Below, piece after piece: positions 20,830-30,546 of a DNA stretch of 64,000 bases. The notes under the pieces were generated by a model that was given only the letters and a program-made list of their open reading frames with translations, had not been told where the DNA came from and searched no databases. The DNA comes from Candidatus Dojkabacteria bacterium (GTDB taxonomy: Bacteria; Patescibacteriota; Dojkabacteria; SC72), in contig JBMNHB010000001.1 of the NCBI GenBank assembly GCA_050950145.1, positions 684,820-748,819 of the forward strand, in the 5' to 3' direction. A program made the position numbers and the translations under genes. Every line of letters starts with the position of its first letter. Within the stretch, counting starts at the first letter, position 1.

Positions 20830-22137
20830 GATGCATTAGATAAAAACTAGTGTTACCCAACAACACCCCGTTAGATAAAAATAGTGTTACCCAAATATAC
20901 TCTGTAATTAAACTAAATACATCAGAGTATGCAAGACAATATTTTTACTAAAATGGCGGTAGTCAAAAGAAAAAAAGAATATCTAGAAACTAAAAAACGG
21001 GAAGAGAAAACTGAGATACTAGACTGGCTAGTCAAAGATACAAACAGGTCTAGGAAGTCACTCATTAGATCTCTGAACAATCCAAATATTACAGAGAGAA
21101 ACATATCTGGAAGAGGTGGAAGGAAAAAGAAATATACTCCACAATCTAAAAACATCGTAAAAATGATATGGCAAGCAAATGATTGTATCTGTGCTGAGAG
21201 ATTTCATGGTCAAATTGAAGAAACACTAAAAGATTTAAAACAAGCAAACAAACTAGAAGGATATATAGATAGCGACATTGAGTTGGTGAGGAAAATACCT
21301 CTAGGTACACTTAAACTCTTTGTTGCTAAGTTCCCTAAACCTAAAAGAGGAAGTATTAGTTCTTCGGGAAGTGTGAGAGCATTACAAAAACAAATACCTG
21401 TGAGAACTTACTTCTCTACTAACATTAAATCGGGCTTCTTTGGTGTTGACTTTGTTGATCATAATGGAGGAAATGCTACTGGTAAGTTTGCTAGAACATT
21501 GGTATTTACAGACCCTAAAACCACATGGATTGTGAGAAGTGCTTGTCTGGGAAAAGATAGCTTAGCTGTGGGGAATGCTTTTGAATTGAACAAAAAGAAA
21601 ATACCATACACAATTGAAGGATTACACTCTGACAATGAACCTGCATTACTAACCTCTCTGCTCTCTTCTAAGGCTAAAGAAAACAATATATTCATTACTA
21701 GAAGCAGAAGTTACAAAAAAGAAGATAATGGACATACAGAACAGAAGAATGGAGACAAAGTGAGAGGTTTAGTGGGATACCGAAGATATGATACATTACA
21801 ACATATTGATTTACTTAACAGGATATATGAGATTGATGACCAATTTCAAAATCATTTTGTGCCTTCTGTGAAATTGAAAGAAAAAGAATTTAATGACTTA
21901 GGTAGAGTAATTAAGAAGAAATATGATAGTCCTAAAAGTCCATATCAGAGGGTAATGGAAGAGAAGGATATTGATATACAATTCAAGATGTCACTTGCGA
22001 GTAAACATTCTAAATTAAATAGGTTAGAATTGTTAGAGGAAAGAGATAAATTGTTAAGAAAGTTAACTCGCTTAGGTAACACTATTTTTATCTAACGGGT
22101 TTGCATTCGGTAACATTTAGTTTTTATCTAACGGTAA
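20830..22137 (+). mobile_element. Insertion sequence (about 1.3 kb) with one DDE transposase gene and terminal inverted repeats. Each repeat is made of two tandem copies of a 24-bp motif CCGTTAGATAAAAA(c)TAGTGTTACC.
   Basis: Left end copies are at about 20836-20858 and 20868-20892. Right end copies, as reverse complements, are at about 22077-22101 and 22110-22135. The transposase stop codon lies inside the inner right repeat (GGTAACACTATTTTTATCTAA encodes G N T I F I stop). Confidence 0.7.
20929..22095 (+). CDS. DDE-type (rve/integrase-fold) transposase
   Basis: N-terminal HTH-like region. Catalytic region GVDFVDHNGG ... LVFTDPKTTW ... LHSDNEPALL followed by RSRSYKKEDNGHTEQKNGDKVR, which is the retroviral-integrase-like D..D..E plus the K/R-H-x-x-x-x-N/E segment. 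The insertion-sequence family is not assigned. Confidence 0.75.
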   Translation: MQDNIFTKMAVVKRKKEYLETKKREEKTEILDWLVKDTNRSRKSLIRSLNNPNITERNISGRGGRKKKYTPQSKNIVKMIWQANDCICAERFHGQIEETLKDLKQANKLEGYIDSDIELVRKIPLGTLKLFVAKFPKPKRGSISSSGSVRALQKQIPVRTYFSTNIKSGFFGVDFVDHNGGNATGKFARTLVFTDPKTTWIVRSACLGKDSLAVGNAFELNKKKIPYTIEGLHSDNEPALLTSLLSSKAKENNIFITRSRSYKKEDNGHTEQKNGDKVRGLVGYRRYDTLQHIDLLNRIYEIDDQFQNHFVPSVKLKEKEFNDLGRVIKKKYDSPKSPYQRVMEEKDIDIQFKMSLASKHSKLNRLELLEERDKLLRKLTRLGNTIFI

Positions 22138-22216
22138 GGAGATAAAACCTTTTTTAAAAAAACCTGGTATATGAATATCTGCTAATTAAAATATTTACGA
22201 AGATTTCTTTGCACCA

Positions 22217-22525
22217 TTAATTAATAAAACTTCTTATCTCGTCTATTGAAGATTGACCACTATTAGGAAACTGTAGATTCTCCAAGAAAGAAGAAATCTC
22301 TTCACTACCAAAACCAAAAGAATAAAATGTTTGAGCAATCAGTTCATACAGCTCATCAGGATTAAAACCAAATACAAAATCATTTGACAAATCCCTCATA
22401 AGACACCATTTATCCTCATTTGGAATAGGTAACTCTTCCAGTGCGTAAAAAACATCTTCTGCCTCTAATCCTAACCCTCCAGGTTCTTCTGTTGTAGAAT
22501 ATTCATCCTCACCAAAATCTTCCAT
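22217..22525 (-). CDS. Small acidic hypothetical protein (102 aa)
   Basis: ORF with a high D/E content. No motif recognised. Confidence 0.45.
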   Translation of the reverse strand: MEDFGEDEYSTTEEPGGLGLEAEDVFYALEELPIPNEDKWCLMRDLSNDFVFGFNPDELYELIAQTFYSFGFGSEEISSFLENLQFPNSGQSSIDEIRSFIN

Positions 22526-22542
22526 ACATATTATTACTCAAA

Positions 22543-24366
22543 TTAACTACTTCTCATAGAATACATCTTTTCTAATTCACTTACCCTTGTAGCATCATTA
22601 GCACTCTTATCTCTATCCCACTCTATCAACCTAGGAAACCTAAGTGAAAGACCTCCTCCAATATCCTCTTCTCCTAATCTCCTTGTAATCTCATCGGCTT
22701 CAACAGTAAAAACAACCTCTGGATAGACCCAAACATCAGGTTTCAGATTCTCAGGACAGAGAACATCCTGTGGTTGCTCTTCCTCTATCTTAGACTCAAA
22801 CTGTTCTTTAATACTCTTCAATTGCTCATCACTAAAACCTGTCCCCACCTTACAAATTGCCTCATAACCATCTGTCTTCTCGTTATACAATGCTCCTAAA
22901 ACTGCCCCTACTCCAAAATCAGATCTCCTTCCCGAACCAAAATAGTATCCAACACATACAAGATCAACAGTATCCACAAGTGTATTCATCATACTCTTCT
23001 TTAACTTAATCCAATCATAGTTCCTTACACCTGGTAAATATCCTCCTGTACTCATTTTTACAATAACTCCTTCATATCCTTTCTCTACGTTCTCATTAAA
23101 AGTCTTCATTAGAGTATCTAAATCTTCTACTTTTTTAGTCTTACATCTCTCTAAACTACCACTCATTTCAACCTTCTCAAGAATATCTATCCTCTCTTCG
23201 GTATCACTATCTATTAAATCTTTTCCATTTATATACAAAACATCAAAAACCATTGCTCTAACAGGAATATCTTTAGATCTATCACTAACCCCATACTTCC
23301 TTCTTCTCTGCATAGTTTCTTGAAATGGAAGAAATTTTCCATCTTTGAATCCCAATACCTCAGAATCAAGGATAAAGGAGGTATCTGTAATACTTCTTGC
23401 TGATTCAACAACCTCTGGAAACATCTCTGTTACATCTTCTAAATTCCTAGTAAAAAGCTTAATCTCTGTATCACTACTAGCCATATCAAAGAGGTTAACT
23501 TCTTTCTTTGATATATATTTCTTCCAAATATATTCCCTATGCTCAAAATCTTCTACCTTATATTTATGAATCTGACATCTTAGACCATCAAATTTAGGTT
23601 GCACTAATGCAGGAACACCTGTTCTGTCAAATGTTTCTTCAAATGCACCTACCCTTTCTACTAATCTAGGTAATACTGGTATCCCTGGTTGAATATCTAC
23701 TGCTTTAAGACTATCAACAGCACCAAAACTATCTTTTCCTGCAATCTGAGAGTAAATATATCCAATATCTGCAGATACACCGTATGCTCTATCTAACTCA
23801 TCTCTTACACTTTTATCACCAGCAATTATGAAGGAGAAAACATCTAGTAATGTCTTAAAACTAATACCAAACCTTAACTGTCCACATATTATCCTTACAA
23901 AATATTTAGCTTCCAAAGGAGAAAGCTGTTGTAATGTATCTAAAACAATACTGTTTTTCTTATCCATAGCACCACTTCCCTGTATATTAACTATACCCCA
24001 AAGGGTATCATATATTTCTTCAAGTTCTTTACCAAAAGAGTTAAATTTGGCTTTTTCTGAGAACAGTTTAACCGTATCTCCAATATCTCCCAAACTATCC
24101 CTTTCAGCTTTAATATCAACATCTAAACCTTTCATCTTTGAATAGTTCTCAAGTAGAGAGAGTAAGCTTTTTTCAGAATAGTTAAATTCACTATTTAGAA
24201 AGAATGGTGCAACTCTACCAAGAACCATGTATGAAAGAATCTCTCCTTCTTCCTTAGTAAGTTTTTTGTAAAAATCAGCTAGTATTTGTGTAACTTCATT
24301 CCTAGAGCTTCTTTGCTCTATCTGTTCAAATATGTTTGCTACTTCGTGGAACTTCATACTATCCAA
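22543..24366 (-). CDS. ATP-dependent DNA ligase
   Basis: Motif I KFDGLRCQIHK (KxDG adenylation lysine). The length and downstream OB-fold region fit the archaeal/eukaryotic-type ATP ligase architecture. Confidence 0.85.
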   Translation of the reverse strand: MDSMKFHEVANIFEQIEQRSSRNEVTQILADFYKKLTKEEGEILSYMVLGRVAPFFLNSEFNYSEKSLLSLLENYSKMKGLDVDIKAERDSLGDIGDTVKLFSEKAKFNSFGKELEEIYDTLWGIVNIQGSGAMDKKNSIVLDTLQQLSPLEAKYFVRIICGQLRFGISFKTLLDVFSFIIAGDKSVRDELDRAYGVSADIGYIYSQIAGKDSFGAVDSLKAVDIQPGIPVLPRLVERVGAFEETFDRTGVPALVQPKFDGLRCQIHKYKVEDFEHREYIWKKYISKKEVNLFDMASSDTEIKLFTRNLEDVTEMFPEVVESARSITDTSFILDSEVLGFKDGKFLPFQETMQRRRKYGVSDRSKDIPVRAMVFDVLYINGKDLIDSDTEERIDILEKVEMSGSLERCKTKKVEDLDTLMKTFNENVEKGYEGVIVKMSTGGYLPGVRNYDWIKLKKSMMNTLVDTVDLVCVGYYFGSGRRSDFGVGAVLGALYNEKTDGYEAICKVGTGFSDEQLKSIKEQFESKIEEEQPQDVLCPENLKPDVWVYPEVVFTVEADEITRRLGEEDIGGGLSLRFPRLIEWDRDKSANDATRVSELEKMYSMRSS

Positions 24367-24757
24367 TATATCTGTATTTAGTTGATTTTGTACTACCTTC
24401 TTGTTTAACTACACCTTGTTTTACTAATACATCCATATCTCTTCTTAATGTTCTAGTAGACACATTCGGTTCAAGTGCATAGATCTCAGATGGTTCCATC
24501 CTCCCCTTCTCTTTCATCATTGCTAATATCCTGTACTGTCTTTCATTAATTGGATATACCTTCTTCTCTATCTTTTCAATTTTCTTTACTTCATCACTAA
24601 CTGCTTTGGGTGTAATTTCACCTTTTTCTTCTTTCTTCTTTTCCTTTAATTCCCCTTTTTCATTAATGGCTTTGAATACAAGGAAGGCTCCAAAAAGGAA
24701 ACCTAGAACAGTAAAAAAAACAGACCATACAGATACATCTTTTTCATTTTCTTCCAT
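24359..24757 (-). CDS. Small membrane-anchored protein with a C-terminal winged-HTH-like segment. It overlaps the ligase start by 8 nt.
   Basis: N-terminal transmembrane segment (VWSVFFTVLGFLFGAFLVF). The C-terminus YRILAMMKEKGRMEPSEIYALEPNVSTRTLRRDMDVLVKQGVV resembles a wHTH. Confidence 0.5.
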   Translation of the reverse strand: MEENEKDVSVWSVFFTVLGFLFGAFLVFKAINEKGELKEKKKEEKGEITPKAVSDEVKKIEKIEKKVYPINERQYRILAMMKEKGRMEPSEIYALEPNVSTRTLRRDMDVLVKQGVVKQEGSTKSTKYRYIG

Positions 24758-24781
24758 ATATTAAGTATATCATATGATAGA

Positions 24782-26344
24782 ATGTGGGTAATCAATATGC
24801 TTAGGATAAAGGGGTTAACAATAGAGACGGAGGTAGGTAAGAAGATTGTTGAAAATCTCAACCTTCATCTTAACAATGGTGATAAACTAGCAGTTATAGG
24901 AGAAGAAGGAAACGGTAAAAGTACCCTCTTAAAAACAATATACAACAAAAAAGATGTAGAGGAATATTGTAAGATTTACGGAGAAATACAGAAAAAAGGT
25001 CTAACAATTGGATACTTAGAACAATCATTAGATAGTAGTTGGAATAATCAAAAAGTAGGTGAATACTTCCTAAAAGAACAGGCAGATAGTGATACAGACT
25101 ATACAAAACTTGAAGATATCAACAGAATACTAAAGAAGCTTTCTAAAATAGGGATAAACCCCTCTATACTAGATAGTGAGCAACTAATTAAAAATCTAAG
25201 TGGAGGAGAGAAAGTAAAGATTCAAATTGCTAAAATACTTACCAAAGACCCTGATATTCTTCTACTTGATGAACCAACAAATGATTTAGATATCCCTACT
25301 CTAGAATGGCTTGAAAACTTCATATTAACCCCAAAAACTCCAATTATCTTCGTCTCACACGATGAAACCCTTCTTGAAAAGGCTGCAAACAGAATTTTAC
25401 ATTTAGAACACCTAAAAGGTACTAATACCTCAAGACAAACAATTGCAAATGTTGGGTATGAGGAATATGTAACCAACAGAAGAAAAGCTTTAGAGAAACA
25501 AGAACAGATGTATAGTATGGAAAAACGAGAATATCTTAAAGATAAACAGATTTTAAGTCGTCAGAAAAGTAAAATCAGGACAGGGCAGATAGTTGTAAAG
25601 GATTCTAGTATAAGGAGGATTTTAAATAAGAAGATGAAAAACATCTTAGTACAGGAGAGAAAAACCGAGAAGAAAAGAAAGACGGAAAGAGTTGAGGTAG
25701 AAGATCCAATATATATGGAGTTTGATAAGAGAGCTGTAGTACCAAAAGGAAAAACTGTTTTGAATCTAAATATAAAAGAATTAAAGGTTGGAAATAAAGT
25801 ATTAGCAAAAGATATTAAACTCTTTGTAAAAGGTCCTGAGAAGATTGCCATTATTGGTCAAAATGGTACTGGTAAAACAACTCTTCTTAAAGAAATTCTA
25901 CATGCATTAGATAAGAAAGAAGGGTTAAAAGTTGGATATATGCCACAGAACTACAATGAGGTACTAGATGATGATATGAAGGTTTTTGATTATATAACTA
26001 AAGAATTGGAAGATTTAGATGAGGACTTAATGAGGGCATATATTGGAAGTATTAAGTTAACTTGGAAAGAGATGAGGGGATTTGTTAAAGATTTAAGTCT
26101 AGGACAGAAAGCTAAAGTTATACTTCTTAAGATGATGTTAGAAGGAAATAATGTATTGGTATTGGATGAACCTACAAGAAATATAAGTGCTTTGTCTAAT
26201 CCTGTTATTAGAGAAATGTTCAGAAACTTCAAAGGTTCAATAATATCAGTTTCTCATGATAGAAAGTTTCTAAAAGAGGTTTGTGATAAGGTGTATAGAT
26301 TAAGTAGTATTGGTTTAAGAGAAATTAGAAAATCTGTCTCATAA
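24782..26344 (+). CDS. ABC-F family ATPase with two ABC domains and no transmembrane domain (EttA/Uup-like translation factor)
   Basis: Two Walker A sites (GEEGNGKST and GQNGTGKTT) and two ABC signature motifs (LSGGEKVKIQIAKIL and LSLGQKAKVILLKMM), separated by a charged linker. Confidence 0.85.
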   Translation: MWVINMLRIKGLTIETEVGKKIVENLNLHLNNGDKLAVIGEEGNGKSTLLKTIYNKKDVEEYCKIYGEIQKKGLTIGYLEQSLDSSWNNQKVGEYFLKEQADSDTDYTKLEDINRILKKLSKIGINPSILDSEQLIKNLSGGEKVKIQIAKILTKDPDILLLDEPTNDLDIPTLEWLENFILTPKTPIIFVSHDETLLEKAANRILHLEHLKGTNTSRQTIANVGYEEYVTNRRKALEKQEQMYSMEKREYLKDKQILSRQKSKIRTGQIVVKDSSIRRILNKKMKNILVQERKTEKKRKTERVEVEDPIYMEFDKRAVVPKGKTVLNLNIKELKVGNKVLAKDIKLFVKGPEKIAIIGQNGTGKTTLLKEILHALDKKEGLKVGYMPQNYNEVLDDDMKVFDYITKELEDLDEDLMRAYIGSIKLTWKEMRGFVKDLSLGQKAKVILLKMMLEGNNVLVLDEPTRNISALSNPVIREMFRNFKGSIISVSHDRKFLKEVCDKVYRLSSIGLREIRKSVS

Positions 26345-26447
26345 TATTTTCTATGAAAACATATAAAAAACTTCAAGAAAGTAGTAAAGGGAGATATCTT
26401 ATACAACAACTTTATATTGTAGATATGTAAGGATATCTCCCTTTCAT

Positions 26448-26726
26448 CTAGCAATTTTTCTTTCCTAACCACCACTTACTAAGATATTTCTTTTTTGTTC
26501 TCCCTTGCCTTCCTTTCCTAGACTTAGGTTTATGATAAAATTTCATGTGACATCTCTTACACACAAGTGTAAGATTAGATAAATCATCACTTCCTCCCCT
26601 AGCCACCTTTTTTTTGTGGTGTACATATAATGTCCTCCAGTTGGGATCTTCCTTTCTACCACACCTTTGGCAGGTGAAATTGAAATGTTTATGAATTTCA
26701 TATCTCTCCTTACTGGTAAGAGCCAC
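26448..26726 (-). CDS. Small HNH endonuclease-family protein
   Basis: CQRCG...HH...GG.DDLSNLTLVCKRCH follows the HNH pattern of Cys pairs around His-Asn-His. Confidence 0.7.
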   Translation of the reverse strand: MALTSKERYEIHKHFNFTCQRCGRKEDPNWRTLYVHHKKKVARGGSDDLSNLTLVCKRCHMKFYHKPKSRKGRQGRTKKKYLSKWWLGKKNC

Positions 26727-26805
26727 AACAAACCTCCTTCCTGCTAGATTTTGAATGATCGTAATTCTAAAACACTTCGGATTATACTAAAGATTGCTTG
26801 ATATA

Positions 26806-29493
26806 TCAATCTTTTAACTCTGCCATATTATCTCCACTAGCAGAACTAACATCTAAATGTACTACCAAAGACACTACATCTCCCATAATTTTTTTTGCTT
26901 TCTTCTCAAATTCTTTCAATCTTCCTTCCTTTACTTCAAATATCAATTCATCATGTATCTGAAGAATAATATATACCTCATCCTTAAAGTTCTTCTCTAT
27001 CTCCTCATCCAACTTAATCATCGCTAACTTCATAATATCTGCCTCACCTCCCTGTATTGGCATATTAATAGCCTCTCTCTGTGCTGCCCTTACTAATCTC
27101 ATATTCCTAGACCTAATACCTCTAATCCACCTAGTAGTACCAAACATAGTCTGAACATATCCCCTCTTGTATGCCTCTCTTTCTAAAGACCTCATATACT
27201 CCTCTACCCCAATATAATGTTGGAAATAACTTTGAATATATCCAGTTGCAGTATCATTATCTATCCCCAACATATTTGCCAAACCAAACGGTGTCTGTCC
27301 AAAAAGTATTCCAAAGTTAACAGTTTTACCTAAACTCCTCTCCTCTTTAGTAACTTCCTCTACTTTCTTCTTTAAAATTCTACTAGCCGTTGCTTTATGA
27401 ATATCAATATTGTTCTGAAAGTCCTCTATCAAAAGATTATCTTGAGACATATCCGCCATCACCCTAAGTTCAATCTGAGAATAGTCCATACCGAGTAACT
27501 TAAATCCTTTTCTTGCTACAAAAGACTTCCTTATTTTCTCTGCCCACTCTCCCTGCACTGGTATATTCTGCATATTTGGATTAGCAGAAGAGAGTCTCCC
27601 TGAAGATGTACCCGTCTGTTTAAAATCAGTATGTATAGTATTCTCCGAATTATTCCTCCCCATCTCTAACAAAGGAATTACATATGTAGTATGTATCTTA
27701 CTCAACTCCCTGTATTCTAAAATCTTCTCAATTACTGGATGAACACCTTTCAATTCAAGTAAAACAGACTCCCTAGTAGAACCTTTCTTCCTATCCGGTA
27801 AATCTAGTTCATTAAACAGAAGATCGGATAATTGCTTAGGCGAATTAATATTAAATTCATGACCTACAGAATCATATATCTCTTGTGTAACTTTTAATAT
27901 CTCTTTAGCAAGTTCTCCATCTAACTTTTCTAACCAATTAACATCTACCAATATCCCTCGTTTCTCCATTTTAGAAAGAATCTTACATATCGGTATCTCA
28001 ATTTTCTGATTACTCTGTTCAAAATAATTCTCTCTAATGTCTAAAAAGTCCTCTAAACTTCTCCTGGTATATTCATACAACTCAATACCATTTGCCTTCT
28101 TTATCTCACTCTCCTGAATCTCTTGTATTGCATCTAATACCTTAGTCATATGTGATGGATGAATCTTCTCTTCAAGGACATGTGAGGAGTAATCAAAAGC
28201 TAAATCTTTAAGTAAATAACTTCTTTTCTCTGAGTTAATTAAATGACCAAATATACCAATATCAAAAAGTTTTCCATTTGGAATACCAATATCTTCTGTT
28301 ACTCCCTCTAGATTGTAAAAAACTTTTTCACAATCAGACTTAATCACATCATCAATATTCTCTAAGAGAAAATCCTCATATTTAGACACACTTATCTGTT
28401 TTCTTAACAGAAAGAACTCTTTACCTACAGCAGATTCATTCTCTTTGATATATGCAATTAACAACTTTTCAGCATCTTTGCAGATATCTTTCACATCTTC
28501 TTTCGGAGTCCATTTTACCTCTACAGGACTTGAAGAAAATATATCTAATTGTGTACTTACTGCTGCCCTCTCTTCTTCTTTTAATTTGTCAATCTTCTTT
28601 ATCAATGATCTAAAGGCATATTTATGAAATACCTCTAAAACCTCCGACTTATTAAAATCTCTTAACAAACACCCTTCTAACTTCACATCAATATCTACAT
28701 TTTGCTCAATTGTAGCTAACTTCCTGCTCATTTCTGCCTGCTCTATACCCTCTCTGAGAAGATTAGCATACCTAGGCTTTACCTCTGCTAAATTCTCATA
28801 TATTTTATTTAGACTTCCATACCTATCTAACAACTCTATAGCTGTCTTACTCCCAACCCCTTTTACTCCTGGAATATTATCTGACGCATCACCTGCCATA
28901 CCCTTGTAATCCACTATCTGCTCTGGATACAAACCAAACTTTTTCTTTGTTTCAATCCTGTCATATGCCACAAGATTCTTGAAATTCCCTTGTGGTAAAG
29001 CGACTTTTACATTTTCTGTAATTAATTGGAGTAAGTCCCTATCTCCACTTAGTATGTAAAGTTCAACATTTTCATTACTCCATTTTCCATCTTTTACATA
29101 TTTTGCAATTGTTCCTAATATGTCATCTGCTTCAAATCCATCTTTTTTTACAATTGGGACATTGAAAGCTGAGAGTATCTCTTCTACTATGGGAAATTGA
29201 TCAATTAGAGATTGATCAACAGCTTTTCTAGTTGCTTTGTAATCCTGAAATTCTACATGTCTGAATGTTGGTTTTGCAGTATCAAAAGAACAGAGGACAT
29301 ATTCTGGTTCAAAGAGATCTAAGGCTTCTAAGAACATCACTGTAAAACCGTATGCAGCATTCACCTGTATTCCATCCTCAGTCTGAAGTGCAGAAGGATA
29401 TGCATGAAAAGCTCTGTGTATGATAGCATTCGCATCTATGGCCAAAAACCTATCCCTACCATTTTTTACTAAATTCATACCATATTCTAACAC
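26806..29493 (-). CDS. polA: DNA polymerase I
   Basis: N-terminal 5'-3' exonuclease/FEN domain (LAIDANAIIHRAFHA). Family-A polymerase motifs RRSAKTVNFGILFG (motif B-like: LGKTVNFGILFGQTPFGLA) and QIHDELIFE (motif C). Confidence 0.9.
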   Translation of the reverse strand: MLEYGMNLVKNGRDRFLAIDANAIIHRAFHAYPSALQTEDGIQVNAAYGFTVMFLEALDLFEPEYVLCSFDTAKPTFRHVEFQDYKATRKAVDQSLIDQFPIVEEILSAFNVPIVKKDGFEADDILGTIAKYVKDGKWSNENVELYILSGDRDLLQLITENVKVALPQGNFKNLVAYDRIETKKKFGLYPEQIVDYKGMAGDASDNIPGVKGVGSKTAIELLDRYGSLNKIYENLAEVKPRYANLLREGIEQAEMSRKLATIEQNVDIDVKLEGCLLRDFNKSEVLEVFHKYAFRSLIKKIDKLKEEERAAVSTQLDIFSSSPVEVKWTPKEDVKDICKDAEKLLIAYIKENESAVGKEFFLLRKQISVSKYEDFLLENIDDVIKSDCEKVFYNLEGVTEDIGIPNGKLFDIGIFGHLINSEKRSYLLKDLAFDYSSHVLEEKIHPSHMTKVLDAIQEIQESEIKKANGIELYEYTRRSLEDFLDIRENYFEQSNQKIEIPICKILSKMEKRGILVDVNWLEKLDGELAKEILKVTQEIYDSVGHEFNINSPKQLSDLLFNELDLPDRKKGSTRESVLLELKGVHPVIEKILEYRELSKIHTTYVIPLLEMGRNNSENTIHTDFKQTGTSSGRLSSANPNMQNIPVQGEWAEKIRKSFVARKGFKLLGMDYSQIELRVMADMSQDNLLIEDFQNNIDIHKATASRILKKKVEEVTKEERSLGKTVNFGILFGQTPFGLANMLGIDNDTATGYIQSYFQHYIGVEEYMRSLEREAYKRGYVQTMFGTTRWIRGIRSRNMRLVRAAQREAINMPIQGGEADIMKLAMIKLDEEIEKNFKDEVYIILQIHDELIFEVKEGRLKEFEKKAKKIMGDVVSLVVHLDVSSASGDNMAELKD

Positions 29494-29496
29494 AAA

Positions 29497-29516
29497 AGGT
29501 CTGGCCTAGGTCTGCC
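29497..29516. repeat. GC-rich CCTAGG-core palindromic repeat (AGGTCTGGCC TAGGTCTGCC), 4 nt upstream of the polA start codon
   Basis: Seen directly. It consists of two tandem half-sites AGGTCTGSCC in an AT-rich intergenic context. Confidence 0.5.
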
Positions 29517-29683
29517 CCCAGTTAAGAAAATTTTAATCTCAAGGATTATACTCTCCACAAAAGGCTCCCCGACCCTCGGCATCGGTAGTATGTACGAATT
29601 ACAAGTACAGACACAGGGACGTGCACATCCAAAAAGGCATATCAGAAGTAAAGATTTTGGGCTCTTAAAAAGTTATTAACGAA

Positions 29684-29705
29684 GGCCAGGCCTAGGTCAG
29701 GCCTG
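29684..29705. repeat. GC-rich CCTAGG-core palindromic repeat (GGCCAGGCCTAGGTCAGGCCTG). It can form a 6-bp stem CAGGCC/GGCCTG with a 7-nt loop.
   Basis: Seen directly, about 75 nt upstream of the CDS at 29779. Confidence 0.5.
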
Positions 29706-29778
29706 TTGTACTCCACTTTCAGAATTGGTATATTAGAGAACAAACAGGGTGTGTATATAACTTTTTATATATGTTTAT

Positions 29779-30516
29779 ATGGAAAAAGAAACAACCCCCC
29801 AAGAAGAAGAGAAAACTTCTCTCCCCAAACAAACAGGAAAGACCTGTCCATTCATCCAAAAACCAAAACTTCTGATCGGAATCATTGTTCTACTACTCGT
29901 CATAATCTTACTCCTGCTATTCCTAATACTCAGAGATAAACGAACTACTGCTGATACTAAGGTAGAAGAAACGAAAACCTCTAAGGAGGAGAAAAAGATA
30001 GAACCTACAGTACATTGTCCAGAAGAGTACGAAATTGAAGGAGATGTATGTGAAAGAAAAGCCACAAAACCAGCATCAAGTAGTTTGGTATGTCCAGAAG
30101 GAATGATAGAGGTTGGCCCCGATGGTCCATGCGGTCTATACAAACAGAAAGCAGAACCAACTCAAAGATGCCCAATGGGAACAATCTATCAGGTTGAGAT
30201 AAAGACACTTTACTATTGCTATACACAATCCAGAAAACCAGAGAGTTGTGGGGAGGATCCTGAAAGCTCGTACCTTGCTGATGGTAAATGTTACTACGCA
30301 AGAATTGATTCTGAGACAACATATACCTGTCCTGACAACATGGTCTCCTACAAGGGAGATTGTTATACAAAAGCAGAGAAGATTAAAAAATATTCATGTG
30401 ATAGTGGATATACACTTCAGGGTACTAATTGCGTAAAGACAGAGAGAACGGAACAGATGAAAGAATGCCCTACCGGATACGAATTAGATGGAGAGAAGTG
30501 TGTGGTAGAAGAATAA
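29779..30516 (+). CDS. Single-pass membrane protein with an extracytoplasmic cysteine-rich repeat domain
   Basis: Transmembrane segment LLIGIIVLLLVIILLLLFLIL followed by at least six modules of the form C-P-x-G-(Y/M)-x-(L/I)-x-G-x-x-C, including CPEEYEIEGDVC, CPEGMIEVGPDGPC, CPDNMVSYKGDC, CDSGYTLQGTNC and CPTGYELDGEKC. Confidence 0.6.
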   Translation: MEKETTPQEEEKTSLPKQTGKTCPFIQKPKLLIGIIVLLLVIILLLLFLILRDKRTTADTKVEETKTSKEEKKIEPTVHCPEEYEIEGDVCERKATKPASSSLVCPEGMIEVGPDGPCGLYKQKAEPTQRCPMGTIYQVEIKTLYYCYTQSRKPESCGEDPESSYLADGKCYYARIDSETTYTCPDNMVSYKGDCYTKAEKIKKYSCDSGYTLQGTNCVKTERTEQMKECPTGYELDGEKCVVEE

Positions 30517-30546
30517 TTATTTAATTTTAATTAATAAATATAATAT

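Noticed and set aside
20786-20866. N-terminal 27-aa extension of the DUF1846 ORF (to 20866)
   Set aside because: The extension reads into the insertion sequence's terminal repeats. Family homologues as recalled begin at the internal Met (MKPGFDNEKY...).
29518-29683. Relatively GC-rich 165-nt segment between two palindromic repeats, considered as a possible small RNA
   Set aside because: It contains a TATAAT on the minus strand appropriately placed for the polA promoter. It is more simply explained as overlapping divergent promoter and 5'UTR sequence. No recognisable RNA-family motif was seen.
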